This document shows positions 62,197 through 64,000 of a stretch of 64,000 nt of DNA, in pieces (position 1 is the stretch's first letter; each line of letters begins with the position of its first letter). The notes below the pieces were generated by a model. The model saw only the letters and a program-made list of their open reading frames with translations. It did not search any database and was not told the DNA's origin. The stretch comes from Burkholderiales bacterium (lineage in GTDB: Bacteria > Pseudomonadota > Gammaproteobacteria > Burkholderiales > Ga0077523). The translations under genes were made by a program, and so were the position numbers. The stretch lies in assembly GCA_022843925.1 (NCBI GenBank), contig JALHMS010000022.1, positions 19,083 through 83,082 of the forward strand, written 5' to 3'.

Positions 62197-63447
62197 TCAG
62201 GAAGTCGCCATCTTGCCGCGTTCGTTGATCTGGATAACCTCCCCGGCGGGCGCCGGCGCAGCGCAGAACCCAGCCCATTCCTCCATCAGCCGGCGCCGCT
62301 TCTCGAACAGATCGCCACGGCGATACGCGGCCTCGACCTTGTCGCCAATCGTGTGCGCCAACGACATTTCGGCGACCTCCCGAGGGAAGTTCGTCTGCTC
62401 GGCACACCAGTCCCGGAACGTCGATCGGAACCCGTGTGGCACAGCGTCCAGCCCCATGCGCCGCAGCACGCTCGTCAAGGTCATGTCGGACAGGCTACCG
62501 CTGCGAGGGGAGGGAAAGACGAGATCGACGCCGGCGAACTTGGGCAGAGCACGGAGCAGGGCAAGGGCGGCCCCGGACAGCGGCACGCGATGCTCCTTCC
62601 CCGCCTTCATGCGGTCCGCAGGGACCGTCCAGATACCCGCATCAAGGTCGATCTCTGCCCATGTCGCGCCGCGGACTTCGCCGGAGCGAGCGGCCGTCAG
62701 AATGACGAATTCGAGGGCTCGAGCGCCCATGCCGTCCGTCTTGCGAAGCCTTTCCATGAATGATCCAAGGTCGCGGACGGGAAGGGCGGTGAAGTGCTTC
62801 CGCTTGACCGCCTTTTCCTTCGACAGCAGTAGCTTGTCGAGGCCGCCGCGCCACCGGGCAGGATTGAGTCCCTCCGCACGGTACTCGGCCTGCATGGCGT
62901 AGCTGATGACAAGTTCAATCCGGCCGCGCAGCCGTGCTGCCGTCTCGTTCTTTTCCGTCCAGATAGGTTTCAGCACGTCCAGAATGTGCGCCTTCTCGAC
63001 GTCCCCGATCAGCAGGTTGCCAATCTTGGGATAGGCGTAAGTCTCAAGCGTACTGCGCCACTGTTGCCCGTGCTTCGCGTTCTTCCATCCCGCCGCGTGG
63101 ACCGACATGTACTCTTCCGCGCACTGCTTGAAGGTGCGGGCAGCAGTCGCGGCAGCGCGTAGAGCGCTCCTCGCCGCCTTCTTCTGATCCACTGGGTCGA
63201 CGCCCTTCCGGATTAGGTCCCGCGCGTCGCGCGCCTTCTCTCTTGCGCTGGCGAGGCTGATCTCGGGGAATCCACCAAGCCCCATTTCCCGGCGCCGCCC
63301 TCCGACTGCGATCCGAAGAATCCAACTGCGAGCATCGGGGCTGGCCACCTGAAGCGCCAGTCCGGGAACTCCACCAACGAAGTGAAGACCGGGATCGGTC
63401 AGCCTGGACACTGCCAGGGCACTGAGTTCCGTCGCCTTTCGTGGCAT
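62197..63447 (-). CDS. P4-like tyrosine integrase with arm-binding domain
   Basis: GGVPGLAL, MGLGGFPEISLA, TAARSGE, HGFRSTFRDW, AH...AYRR catalytic residues. Confidence 0.95.
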   Translation of the reverse strand: MPRKATELSALAVSRLTDPGLHFVGGVPGLALQVASPDARSWILRIAVGGRRREMGLGGFPEISLASAREKARDARDLIRKGVDPVDQKKAARSALRAAATAARTFKQCAEEYMSVHAAGWKNAKHGQQWRSTLETYAYPKIGNLLIGDVEKAHILDVLKPIWTEKNETAARLRGRIELVISYAMQAEYRAEGLNPARWRGGLDKLLLSKEKAVKRKHFTALPVRDLGSFMERLRKTDGMGARALEFVILTAARSGEVRGATWAEIDLDAGIWTVPADRMKAGKEHRVPLSGAALALLRALPKFAGVDLVFPSPRSGSLSDMTLTSVLRRMGLDAVPHGFRSTFRDWCAEQTNFPREVAEMSLAHTIGDKVEAAYRRGDLFEKRRRLMEEWAGFCAAPAPAGEVIQINERGKMATS

Positions 63448-63648
63448 TCACCCACCTCGCGAGTATGAATCCCGGGAACGCTTCCACATTCGCAGGGTTC
63501 CTATTTATCCCACCATCCTACCCACCTACGAGCTTGCGATTGGATGATACGAAGTGAATCGACGTTAGGCAATAAGGTGTTGGAAGATAATGGGATAACG
63601 GGCAAATGCGATGCTCGATGATAAGGCTTGAAGTTCTACGGAGGAGGA

Positions 63649-63663
63649 CACCGCTTCCGCCAA
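63649..63663 (+). repeat. att core (integrase-proximal copy)
   Basis: caccgcttccgccaa identical to 12846-12860. Confidence 0.9.
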
Positions 63664-63779
63664 GTTGTCCGGCGCTCTGGTCGAAGTCTCGAAAGAAGTC
63701 TCCGTTCAGGCGCTTCTGGAACTCCTTGGACGTCGGTCGGGTTCGAGGCGATGGCGGCAGAAAGGCCCCCTTGCTCTGG

Positions 63780-64000
63780 GCGGCGTCGTGCGTATGGGTC
63801 AGCGTACTGATGCCGGCGCCCCAGCGGTGCCGCATTCATGGCCGAGGTGTCGAATCAGTTGTGGTGGGCGCACGTGATCGTTCTGTCTGCCGCGTCGATG
63901 ATCTGCGTCGGGCGGTCACGGGCGTCGAACGTGAAGCCCGTAGTCGCCCCGCCGTGCCAGGTGGTGAGGCGGCGACGGCCCAGTTCGTCGTTGGTGTGAG
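63780..64000 (-). pseudogene. Degraded RHS/YD-repeat fragment running off the window
   Basis: NDELGRR...TTGFTFDARDRPTQIIDAADRTIT then a stop; TLTHTHDAA in another frame. Confidence 0.55.

Overview
GC-rich, probably betaproteobacterial DNA. Positions 1-12.6 kb are ordinary core genome: rpsA-ihfB-lapA-lapB-pyrF-hldE(kinase)-hldD-cysM, pckG, a 3'-5' exonuclease, rlmD and a yccA/BI-1 gene. A tRNA-Ser(TGA) at 12770-12859 is the integration site of a ~50.8-kb island bounded by a 15-bp direct repeat (12846-12860 / 63649-63663), with a tyrosine integrase at the far end. The island carries a satellite-like AlpA-initiator-DnaB-TerS module, an integron remnant with one attC, a BREX system with inserted genes and a downstream UvrD helicase, a WYL regulator with palindromic operators, a SNF2-SWIM helicase and several pseudogenes. 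The best novel-system candidate lies just upstream of BREX. There, two tandem SAM-II riboswitch aptamers (27425-27480, 27565-27620) lead an operon of uORF, double-HD hydrolase, a divergent MetK, Sir2, DUF3293-like and hypothetical genes, divergent from a phosphatase plus ADP-ribosylglycohydrolase pair. I infer this could sense SAM depletion and support SAM-dependent BREX against phage SAM lyases. All calls come from motif recognition by eye; no database searches were run.
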